A DNA stretch of 13,120 bases from an uncultured archaeon (GCA_964493715.1 CAZBPC010000090.1:1-13120), one strand, 5' to 3'. Positions 1 to 7,416 are shown, counted from the stretch's first letter. Notes: generated from the letters alone by a model not told the origin. Program-made: numbers and translations.

Positions 1-2
1 CG

Positions 3-1322
3 ATTTATGCCAGAATGGGGGGATACGAACCTCAATCGATCATTTTCACAATTCAAATAATACAAATAGAAACCGGGTTGGAATTATACTTAGATGCAAA
101 TAACACTAGGTATATAGAAGTAATAATAGGGGATTTTATTAACTTAACCGTTATTTACAAGGAGTATACGGGTTCTTTTATTAATAACGCAACCATAAAA
201 ATTGTAGGTGAAGGGTTAAGTGCAGACACATATTTAACCAAAAATGCATTTTATAATCAATACGAAGTTTCTATTAACACATTAGATTTAAACTTTGGAA
301 TAAACTTACTTACTTTGTATGCAGAAAAACCAAATTATGAACCTCAAACTGTCCAAATTACAATAGAAATAATTGAAAAAGAAACAGATTTATACATTTT
401 CCTCAACGGATTGAATAAAACAATTGATAGAACATTAACGCTCCCTATTCGGAGCTTATTAAATGTAACAGTAAAATATCTAGAATTTGATAACGGTTTA
501 GGAATTTCTGGAGCTACGATTCAATTAGTAGGAGAAGGTTTATCCTTATATCTTACCGAGAATCCTTCACTACACCAATATTCAATCTCTATTGATACAA
601 CAACCCAATTGGACATTGGAGTTAGATTTCTAACAATTTATGCTCAACGTGCTAATTATCAATCATATTCTGCACTTCTTCGAATACAAGTGGACAGAAT
701 CCGAACAAATATCACCACAGTTTCAGGTGAAACTGTTATCAATCGTCAACCCGGACAAGATTATAAACTAGAGATAAAACTCTTTGACTTAGATTTCCCC
801 ACAAATGTTATAAATGCAACAGTTACATATACTTGGGCCTATGGTCAAGGGACTCTTACCGATCCTGAAAATGACGGAATTTATGAAGGAACCTTGTCAA
901 ATCTGAGAGCAGGAACATTTGTCATTACCATCTCCGTCTATGCTGGTGATGACTATGAATTCGAGCGATTCACGGTTACTCTAAACGTCGTGCGACCACC
1001 CGAGGACGTTCTGTTATTCCAGATTTTAACCATCCTTGGTATAAGCGCCGCATTAGGTTTAGGAGGTTACTTATTTGCATATCAAAAGGTACTTAAATAT
1101 CCTAAACAAGTTAGAAAGATTCGAAAATATAAGAGCAAGCTCAAGAAGCCAAAATCTACCGGGATTGAAGTTCGTTCAAGAGAGAAATTAATCGAAGACA
1201 ATTATGCAGAAAAGATGCGTCCTTTAGAAAAGCAATTAAAGAGTAAGATTTCACCTAAAACAGGAAAAAATTTGATTCAAAAAGAATCACTCGAGGAATC
1301 TGAAGGCAATCAAAATACTTAG
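3..1322 (+). CDS. C-terminal part of a large membrane-anchored surface (glyco)protein with tandem Ig-like beta-rich repeats; 5'-truncated by the window edge
   Basis: The frame is open upstream of ATG 15 (att tat gcc aga = IYAR), matching the repeat-end motifs LYAEKPNYEPQ and IYAQRANYQS, so Met at 15 is internal. There are ~104-108-aa beta-rich repeats, many N-x-S/T sequons (NNT, NLT, NAT, NKT, NVT, NIT), one TM helix at aa ~333-356 and a basic cytoplasmic tail. Confidence 0.85.
   Translation: MYARMGGYEPQSIIFTIQIIQIETGLELYLDANNTRYIEVIIGDFINLTVIYKEYTGSFINNATIKIVGEGLSADTYLTKNAFYNQYEVSINTLDLNFGINLLTLYAEKPNYEPQTVQITIEIIEKETDLYIFLNGLNKTIDRTLTLPIRSLLNVTVKYLEFDNGLGISGATIQLVGEGLSLYLTENPSLHQYSISIDTTTQLDIGVRFLTIYAQRANYQSYSALLRIQVDRIRTNITTVSGETVINRQPGQDYKLEIKLFDLDFPTNVINATVTYTWAYGQGTLTDPENDGIYEGTLSNLRAGTFVITISVYAGDDYEFERFTVTLNVVRPPEDVLLFQILTILGISAALGLGGYLFAYQKVLKYPKQVRKIRKYKSKLKKPKSTGIEVRSREKLIEDNYAEKMRPLEKQLKSKISPKTGKNLIQKESLEESEGNQNT
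69..704 (+). repeat. Two tandem degenerate ~105-aa protein repeats inside the surface protein
   Basis: Paired motifs: ETGLELYL/ETDLYIFL; INLTVIY/LNVTVKY; INNATIKIVGEGLS/ISGATIQLVGEGLS; QYEVSINT/QYSISIDT; GINLLTLYA/GVRFLTIYA. Confidence 0.85.
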
Positions 1323-1350
1323 TTCTTTTTTAACTTTTTTTTTTATTTAA
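1323..1350 (+). terminator. Oligo-T archaeal terminator
   Basis: Two long T runs immediately after the TAG of the surface protein gene. Confidence 0.55.
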
Positions 1351-1745
1351 TAATTTATCTTTATTTCATTTAAATTCTCTAACTTGAATGATAAGGATCA
1401 CATTTATGACACATGCAACCTCCTAAAGTAAGTTGATACTCTTTTTTTTTATAATTTTTTCCTTTAATTCATGGGATAAAAAGGAAAAAGTCTTTAATTA
1501 TCTCATAATAACAGCTTTTAGTTGATTTACTCTAAAATTTTGCTGAATCGGTAATTTAGATTGAAAATATTTAAATATGAATATTGTTATCTTTATTGTT
1601 GAATTATTTTTTACAATAATGGATAAAGAATATAATTCAAATTAACATGGTTAAGGATATAGTTTTGTGTTAAATGGGCAAATTTGTATCATAAATTCAA
1701 TAGGATAGACATAACAATCAATCGTAATAGCTTAAAATAGATAGA

Positions 1746-2264
1746 ATGGAAATGAGTAGCGCTATTTTTAAGGTGGTAATTTTTGGTGATGCAGGCTGTG
1801 GGAAAAGCACCCTAGCGAAGCGTTTTATGACTAATGCTTTTATTCCAGATAGACGCATGACTATTGGAGTTGATTTTGAATATAAGTCGGTAAGGGTTGA
1901 TAGTAGGTGTGTAAAATTAATGATATGGGACTTTGCTGGAGAAGAAAGGTTTCGATTCATATTTCCACATTATATAGCGGGCGCAAAAGGAGGTATATTG
2001 ATGTATGACATTACGGATCACTCATCTTTTTTGCATATAGTAGATTGGTTATCGATCGTAAATGGAGCTAAAAAAACTTTTCCTATTTTATTACTAGGAG
2101 CTAAGTCAGATTTAGGGCTTCTAAGAAAGGTTTCTCCTGAAGAGGGACAAAAAATCGCTAAAGCAATGAATTTAAATCTTTTTATTGAATGTTCCAGTAA
2201 AACGGGAGAAAATGTAGAAAAATCTTTTGAAAAATTAACCAAACTCATGCTAAATAGAGCTTAA
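1746..2264 (+). CDS. Rab-like small GTPase (Ras superfamily, Asgard type)
   Basis: G1 GDAGCGKS, G2/RabF1 TIGVDF, RabF2 KLMIW, G3 WDFAGEE, RabF3-like RFRFI, RabF4-like HYIAGA, RabF5-like LMYDIT, G4 GAKSD, G5 ECSSK. 172 aa, no C-terminal Cys prenylation motif. Confidence 0.95.
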   Translation: MEMSSAIFKVVIFGDAGCGKSTLAKRFMTNAFIPDRRMTIGVDFEYKSVRVDSRCVKLMIWDFAGEERFRFIFPHYIAGAKGGILMYDITDHSSFLHIVDWLSIVNGAKKTFPILLLGAKSDLGLLRKVSPEEGQKIAKAMNLNLFIECSSKTGENVEKSFEKLTKLMLNRA

Positions 2265-2422
2265 CTTTATTATTCATTTAATTACTGCTTTTTAGAAGCT
2301 CCCAAACTTATCTTTAGCAATCCTTTTACTAGAAATATATTAAAAATTATTACTATTTTTCCTGTTTAATTCAAATTTTTGTCTAAAATGGTTAATAACT
2401 ACCTTCTTTTAAATTCTATGAT

Positions 2423-2446
2423 ATAGATTATATATCTATAATCTAT
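2423..2446. promoter_or_regulatory. Palindromic putative operator upstream of the malic enzyme gene
   Basis: ATAGATTATA-tatc-TATAATCTAT has perfect 10-bp inverted arms and ends 31 nt before ATG 2478. It contains a TATA-like TTATATAT. Confidence 0.55.
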
Positions 2447-2477
2447 TACCAATTTAATTTTAATATCATATAGCATA

Positions 2478-3857
2478 ATGTCTATCATGGAAAAAAAAAC
2501 CAAAGAACAACTCCTGAAGAAAGCAAAAATACCTGGAATAAATGCGATTAAAATGCATAAATTCTACAGAGGAAAGATTCAAATTATTCCTCGTTGCCAA
2601 GTTCGGAATTATGATGATTTTGGAATTTGGTATTCTCCAGGAGTAGCTGCACCTTCTTCTGAAATATTTCAGGATAAAGAAAAGGTATATGATTATACGA
2701 GTAAGTGGAATTTTGTTGCTGTCGTTAGTGACGGAAGTAGGGTGTTAGGTCTTGGTAATATTGGTCCTGAAGCTGCTTTGCCCGTAATGGAAGGTAAAGC
2801 TCTCCTTTTTAAATATTTAGGCGGAGTTGATGCGTTTCCACTATGTATTGGTCAAAAAGATTTTTGTGAAGCTGAAGATATTATAGAATTTGTAAAGATG
2901 ATTCAACCTACATTTGGAGGGATCAATTTAGAAGATATAAGTAACCCAAAATGCTTTACAGTTTTGGATAAATTACGTGGTGACCCAGAAGTCAATATTC
3001 CTGTTTGGCATGATGATCAACAGGGAACGGCTTGTGTCACTCTTGCGGGATTAATGAATTCACTGCGGATAGTTGGGAAAAAAAAAGAACAAGTAAAAAT
3101 CGTTTTTAATGGAATAGGTGCTGCTAATTTTGGGATTTATCGCTTATTAAAAGCTGATGGATTTAATATAGCTACCTCAATATTTGTTGATAGTAATGGA
3201 ATATTATACAAAGAGCGCCCTGATCTACAATGTCCACAAGATTATAAATGTGAAGTCGCTAAAATAAGCAATCAAGAACAAGTTAGAGGAGATTGTGGTA
3301 AAGCTTTAGAAGGTGCGGATATTCTCATCTCGTCAAGCGTTCCGGGACCAAATATTATCAAAAAGGAATGGATTTCAAAAATGTCGGATGATGCAATAGT
3401 ATTTGCACTAGCTAATCCCATTCCAGAGATTTTTCCATGGGATGCTAAAGAAGCGGGAGCTAGAATTGTCGCAACCGGTCGCTCGGATTTTCCTAACCAA
3501 GTAAATAATTCACTTTGTTTTCCAGGAATATTTAGGGGAACCTTGGATGTACGTGCTACTACCATAACTGATGAAATGTGCATTGCTGCATCACATGCTC
3601 TTGCACAATTAGTAGATGAGATTAAAGGTTGTCTCGTGGATAATTGTATTCTCCCCAATATGACATATGAAAATGCGTTTGTTAAGCAAGCTTCTGCCGT
3701 AGGATTGAAAGCAATAGAGCAAGGAATTGCTAAGATACATCTCTCTGAAGAGGAACTCCTTTCAAAATCTAAGAAAATAATTGAAAATTCTCAAGGGCAA
3801 TTTAACTTGTTAATGAAAAAGGGTTTTATTCCTCAATTCACAGATTATGAGAAATGA
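2478..3857 (+). CDS. mae: NAD(P)-dependent malic enzyme (oxaloacetate-decarboxylating malate dehydrogenase, short form without PTA domain)
   Basis: Signature motifs DGSRVLGLGNIGPEAALPVMEGKALLFK, GGINLEDI, WHDDQQGTA, GIGAA, FALANPIPEI and ATGRSDFPNQVNNSLCFPGIFRG. The start could be Met4 (2487). Confidence 0.96.
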   Translation: MSIMEKKTKEQLLKKAKIPGINAIKMHKFYRGKIQIIPRCQVRNYDDFGIWYSPGVAAPSSEIFQDKEKVYDYTSKWNFVAVVSDGSRVLGLGNIGPEAALPVMEGKALLFKYLGGVDAFPLCIGQKDFCEAEDIIEFVKMIQPTFGGINLEDISNPKCFTVLDKLRGDPEVNIPVWHDDQQGTACVTLAGLMNSLRIVGKKKEQVKIVFNGIGAANFGIYRLLKADGFNIATSIFVDSNGILYKERPDLQCPQDYKCEVAKISNQEQVRGDCGKALEGADILISSSVPGPNIIKKEWISKMSDDAIVFALANPIPEIFPWDAKEAGARIVATGRSDFPNQVNNSLCFPGIFRGTLDVRATTITDEMCIAASHALAQLVDEIKGCLVDNCILPNMTYENAFVKQASAVGLKAIEQGIAKIHLSEEELLSKSKKIIENSQGQFNLLMKKGFIPQFTDYEK

Positions 3858-4040
3858 GATAGTAGTTTAATTTTCAAAATTCTCTGAATACTTAAAAAAA
3901 ACGGATCCATCTCTTAATTAAAAATTAAATAAAACTCTTTTTTTTTTATAATTTTACAGTTAATAAGTATAAATAAAAATAGATTATTCTAATGTAGGTC
4001 AAAAAATCAATATAATGAGTTTTAATTGATTATTTATAAA

Positions 4041-4056
4041 CGCAAACGTTATAAAC
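4041..4056 (+). promoter_or_regulatory. Archaeal BRE + TATA promoter of the BAR-like gene
   Basis: cgcaaacg-TTATAAA (TATA at 4049-4055); a second TTTATAAA lies at 4033-4040. Confidence 0.5.
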
Positions 4057-4093
4057 TCATGGATAATATATATCTAAAACTGGAATAATAAAA

Positions 4094-4099
4094 GAGGTG
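4094..4099 (+). promoter_or_regulatory. Shine-Dalgarno GAGGTG
   Basis: It lies 7 nt before the in-frame ACG 4107 and 22 nt before ATG 4122. Confidence 0.6.
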
Positions 4100-4121
4100 T
4101 ATAAAAACGTTTAAGAAATTT

Positions 4122-4754
4122 ATGGATAATATAACAAATGCTTTAGGAATTACGAGCAATAAAATTAGTGAGTTAATTAAAGAAAGTAATCAATATATTA
4201 ATGCAGAAGAAAATGTGACAAAGGAAATCAAAAAGACTGTTACGGCGTTAAAAGCTTATGCTGAAACGGAGACCCCTTCCTTAGGACAAGCAGTGAGTTC
4301 ATTAGCTTCTACATTTGAAACTATCGAAAAAGAAAACGAGGAGAAAGTTAAAAGACTTCGGGAAGAATACATAACACCACTAAATGATCTTTTAATTGGT
4401 CTACAAAAACTCCAAACTGAACAGAATGAAGGCGAAAAAGCAACAAGAGAATTAGAGAAAGCTGAAAAGCATCTAAGTAAAGTACAAAGCAAGCCAAAAG
4501 AAAAATTAAAACCAAATGAAATGCAAACTGCTGAAACAGGATTAAAAACTGCAAAAGATAATGCTTCTAAAGAACAAAGCAATGTAAAAGTAGCAACCGA
4601 GGAATTTAATAAGATGAAATTAGAAAAAATGCAGATTCTTCTTAAAAATATGGTAGATATTCAAACTATTCATCATAAAAAGATTCTTGATTCTGTAGCA
4701 ACAGTAAAAGTAAAAGCTGATGCGATTAAAGTTGAAGAAGAATCAAAAATTTAA
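4122..4754 (+). CDS. BAR-domain protein, FAM92/CIBAR-like (possible true start at ACG 4107)
   Basis: 210 aa, charged and helix-rich. Three long helices are separated by TETP and a Lys/Pro-rich tip (SKPKEKLKP), with a Pro kink (YITPL) in helix 2. Motifs AYAETETPSL, VKRL..PL, AETGL and F...K...I....HKKIL fall at the same spacing as in the recalled human FAM92A BAR domain. Confidence 0.8.
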   Translation: MDNITNALGITSNKISELIKESNQYINAEENVTKEIKKTVTALKAYAETETPSLGQAVSSLASTFETIEKENEEKVKRLREEYITPLNDLLIGLQKLQTEQNEGEKATRELEKAEKHLSKVQSKPKEKLKPNEMQTAETGLKTAKDNASKEQSNVKVATEEFNKMKLEKMQILLKNMVDIQTIHHKKILDSVATVKVKADAIKVEEESKI

Positions 4755-4790
4755 ACCTATTTTCTTATTTTATCATTTTGATTTTTTTTT
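4755..4790 (+). terminator. Oligo-T terminator
   Basis: T-rich tract ending in T9 (4782-4790) directly after the TAA. Confidence 0.5.
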
Positions 4791-5012
4791 ATACAAATTT
4801 ACTTCGATTCCTATTTAATTTTACAATATTTGTGTTTTCTATTTTATACTTAATGATTTCCATGGGATTTTGAATAAATTATGCTCCTCAGAGGATTTTG
4901 GCTGAAATAAGGAAGACATTTGAATTATTAATGATAATTTTAATAATGATTGTGTTCTAAAAATTCTAAGAACCTTTTATATTGAAATTAAATCTTTAAG
5001 AAGAAGAAAATC

Positions 5013-6527
5013 ATGAAAGAAGAAATTGAAAAAATTCCTAATTCTTTCGTAATGAGAGATGAGATGGATTTTAAATATTATATATCAGGTACTTGGAAAA
5101 AGTCATCTTCGGGAAAAAAAATAACTATTAAAAACCCTTTTAATGAAAAAGTAATCGGAACTGTGCAAGCATGTTCCATTGAAGAAGCTAATCAGGTCAT
5201 AACCATTGCAAAAGATAATTTGGAATGTTGGGCAGAAAAGACTCAGAGAGAACGAGCGGATATATTAATGAAAGCTGCTAATCTAATGAGAGAATGGGCT
5301 AATTCCTTAGGTTATGTCATAATGAAAGAGATAGGTAAACCTATAAAAAGTGCGATCTCTGAAATAATCCGAACTTCCGAATTATTTGAAGCCACAGCTG
5401 AAGCTGGATTACAACAAGAAGGAGAAGCAATTTATGGAGATGTGTTTAAAGGGTTTACCAAAAATAAGATGTCAATGACATATCGAGTTCCTTTAGGAGT
5501 AATTCTATGCATCGGTCCCTTTAATTATCCGTTTAATCTCACGGGATCTAAAATCGCTCCGGCATTAATGGCTGGAAATACCGTTGTAGTCAAACCTCCT
5601 TCTCAAGGTCCCATAAGTCCTTTATTCTTCGGATTAATTTTAGAAAAAGCGGGAGTTCCCCCAGGAGTTTTTAATATAATCACCGGCAAGGGATCTGAAA
5701 TCGGGGACTATTTAGTACAACACCCTTTGGTTAATATGGTGAGCTTTACCGGATCTTCTGAAACAGGTAAACATCTTGCAACTGTTGTCGGAATGAAACC
5801 TCTTTTATTAGAATTAGGTGGAAAGGATGCCGCCATCGTACTAAACGATGCAAATTTAGAATTGACGGCAAATGCAATTGTTTCGGGAGCATTTTCATAC
5901 AGTGGGCAAAGATGTACTGCTGTAAAAAGAGTTCTTCCAATGCCCGGAATCGCTGATAAATTAATAGAATTAGTAAAAAAGAAAACAATGAATTTGTCTA
6001 TTGGAGATCCCGAAAAAAATGCTACTATTGGGCCCCTCATAAGTTCAAAACAGTGTGATTTCGTTCAAGGGTTGATAGACGATGCTTTAGAAAAAGGCGG
6101 TACCTTGTTATGCGGAAATAAAAGAGAAGGCAACATCATGTGGCCAACATTAATAGACAATGTTACGACTGATATGAGAATTGCCTGGGTAGAACCTTTT
6201 GGTCCTGTTTTACCTTTTATACGAACTCATAGCGCTGAAGAAGCAATAGAAATATCAAACAAGTCAGAATACGGACTTCAAGGCATGATTTTCACAGAGA
6301 ACATAGATTTAGCGTTTAATATTGCACAGGAGTTAGAAGTGGGAACAGTTCAAATAAATGGAAAGAGTGAGAGAGGTCCAGATCATTTTCCATTCTTGGG
6401 AACCAAATCTTCAGGTCTAGGAACGCAAGGAATAAAATATTCGATTGAAGCAATGACTAGACCGAAAGTCATCGCATTAAACTTATCGGAGAAAGGTAAA
6501 TTAGTAAAACTATGTAAATATGATTAG
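5013..6527 (+). CDS. gapN: Non-phosphorylating NADP-dependent glyceraldehyde-3-phosphate dehydrogenase (ALDH superfamily)
   Basis: PFNYPFNL, KIAPALMAGNTVVVKPP, SFTGS, catalytic LELGGKDAAIV and GAFSYSGQRCTAVKR, EPFGPVLP, and the GapN-type C-terminus RGPDHFPFLGTKSSGLGTQGIKYSIEAMT. Confidence 0.93.
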   Translation: MKEEIEKIPNSFVMRDEMDFKYYISGTWKKSSSGKKITIKNPFNEKVIGTVQACSIEEANQVITIAKDNLECWAEKTQRERADILMKAANLMREWANSLGYVIMKEIGKPIKSAISEIIRTSELFEATAEAGLQQEGEAIYGDVFKGFTKNKMSMTYRVPLGVILCIGPFNYPFNLTGSKIAPALMAGNTVVVKPPSQGPISPLFFGLILEKAGVPPGVFNIITGKGSEIGDYLVQHPLVNMVSFTGSSETGKHLATVVGMKPLLLELGGKDAAIVLNDANLELTANAIVSGAFSYSGQRCTAVKRVLPMPGIADKLIELVKKKTMNLSIGDPEKNATIGPLISSKQCDFVQGLIDDALEKGGTLLCGNKREGNIMWPTLIDNVTTDMRIAWVEPFGPVLPFIRTHSAEEAIEISNKSEYGLQGMIFTENIDLAFNIAQELEVGTVQINGKSERGPDHFPFLGTKSSGLGTQGIKYSIEAMTRPKVIALNLSEKGKLVKLCKYD

Positions 6528-6587
6528 AGTGGCTATCATCTTTTTAAAGAGATAATTTTTAAAAAAATAATTCGTAATAAAAACCTC

Positions 6588-6839
6588 GTGAGCATATTGG
6601 AGATAGATGTACACGGCCATGATTTATGGGGTGCTATTGACGAGGTATTAAGCACTTTGGAAGAATGTAAATTAAATGGCGATGTGGAAATCAATATCAT
6701 CCATGGACATAAGCACGGGCAAGTACTTAAGAATTATTTTAGATCAAAAAAATTTTTAGGAGCAATGGCTCATGAAGGATTCCAATTAAAAATAAATGCC
6801 ATTTCTGATCCTGCTATATCTTCTTTTGTAATTTTATAA
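6588..6839 (+). CDS. Stand-alone Smr (small MutS-related) domain protein
   Basis: 83 aa with a GTG start. It has IDVHG (DxHG), a helix, then INIIHGHKHGQVLK, which is the Smr motif order. Confidence 0.85.
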   Translation: MSILEIDVHGHDLWGAIDEVLSTLEECKLNGDVEINIIHGHKHGQVLKNYFRSKKFLGAMAHEGFQLKINAISDPAISSFVIL

Positions 6840-6980
6840 ATTTTGTCTTCACCTTGATAGGAACTCTATTTACAGAAATGTGAAATTTATATTTTTGAAA
6901 GTAATTATTATTATCAAGAAGAGAAAAAATTACGGGTATTAAGCAAATTTTTAAGAGAGAAGGAGGTGGATATAAGGTTT

Positions 6981-7358
6981 ATGGAAAAAAAATTTGATGA
7001 TATTATGAAAAAACTATTTAAATCAAATCCTGAAATTATCGCAGCAGCAATAATCTCAGCTGAAGGACTTCCCATTGCATCCGTGCTTCCCAATGGTGTC
7101 GATGATACGAAAATCTCAGCAATGACTGCAACTTTACTCTCCTTATCTGAAAGGGCAACAATAGAGATGAAGAAGGGAAATTTTGAGCAATTATTTATAA
7201 AAGGAAGTGAAGGTTATCTTATTGTCATGCAAGCGGGCTTAAGCGCGGTGTTGACAATATCTACTACTAACGATGTTAGGCTCGGGTTAATCTTGTTAGA
7301 TTGTAAAAGGGCATGTAAAAAAATCGCAAAATCATTTTCAAATGATGATGATGAATAA
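6981..7358 (+). CDS. Roadblock/LC7 (MglB-like) domain protein
   Basis: AAAIISAEGLPIASVLP, ISAMTATLLSLSERA, FEQLFIKGSEGYLIV and VRLGLILLD. The GTG at 6966 is part of the SD AGGAGGTG (6961-6968), so ATG 6981 is the likelier start. Confidence 0.93.
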   Translation: MEKKFDDIMKKLFKSNPEIIAAAIISAEGLPIASVLPNGVDDTKISAMTATLLSLSERATIEMKKGNFEQLFIKGSEGYLIVMQAGLSAVLTISTTNDVRLGLILLDCKRACKKIAKSFSNDDDE

Positions 7359-7416
7359 CTCATAGACGATCGAGGAAATTTCAATATTTTTTGAATGAAA
7401 CTTTTAGAGGTTTGAA

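Noticed and set aside
1438-3955. Recurrent ACTC-T9/10-ATAATTTT at 1438-1458 and 3934-3955
   Set aside because: Low-complexity oligo-T tracts downstream of genes. They are best explained as terminators rather than a dispersed repeat or element ends.
4122-4754. PspA/Vipp1/ESCRT-III or generic SMC-like coiled-coil assignment
   Set aside because: The helix lengths and the TETP and kinked-PL pattern fit a three-helix BAR monomer better, and there are no ATPase motifs. This is not formally excluded without a profile search.
1718-6040. Antisense ORFs 1718..1960, 2018..2248, 3272..3658, 4256..4582, 4348..4554, 5708..6040 and 5746..5988
   Set aside because: They are shadows of well-supported plus-strand genes and carry no recognisable motifs.
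6966-6980. GTG start for Roadblock/LC7
   Set aside because: The GTG is part of the SD AGGAGGTG itself, so ATG 6981 is preferred.
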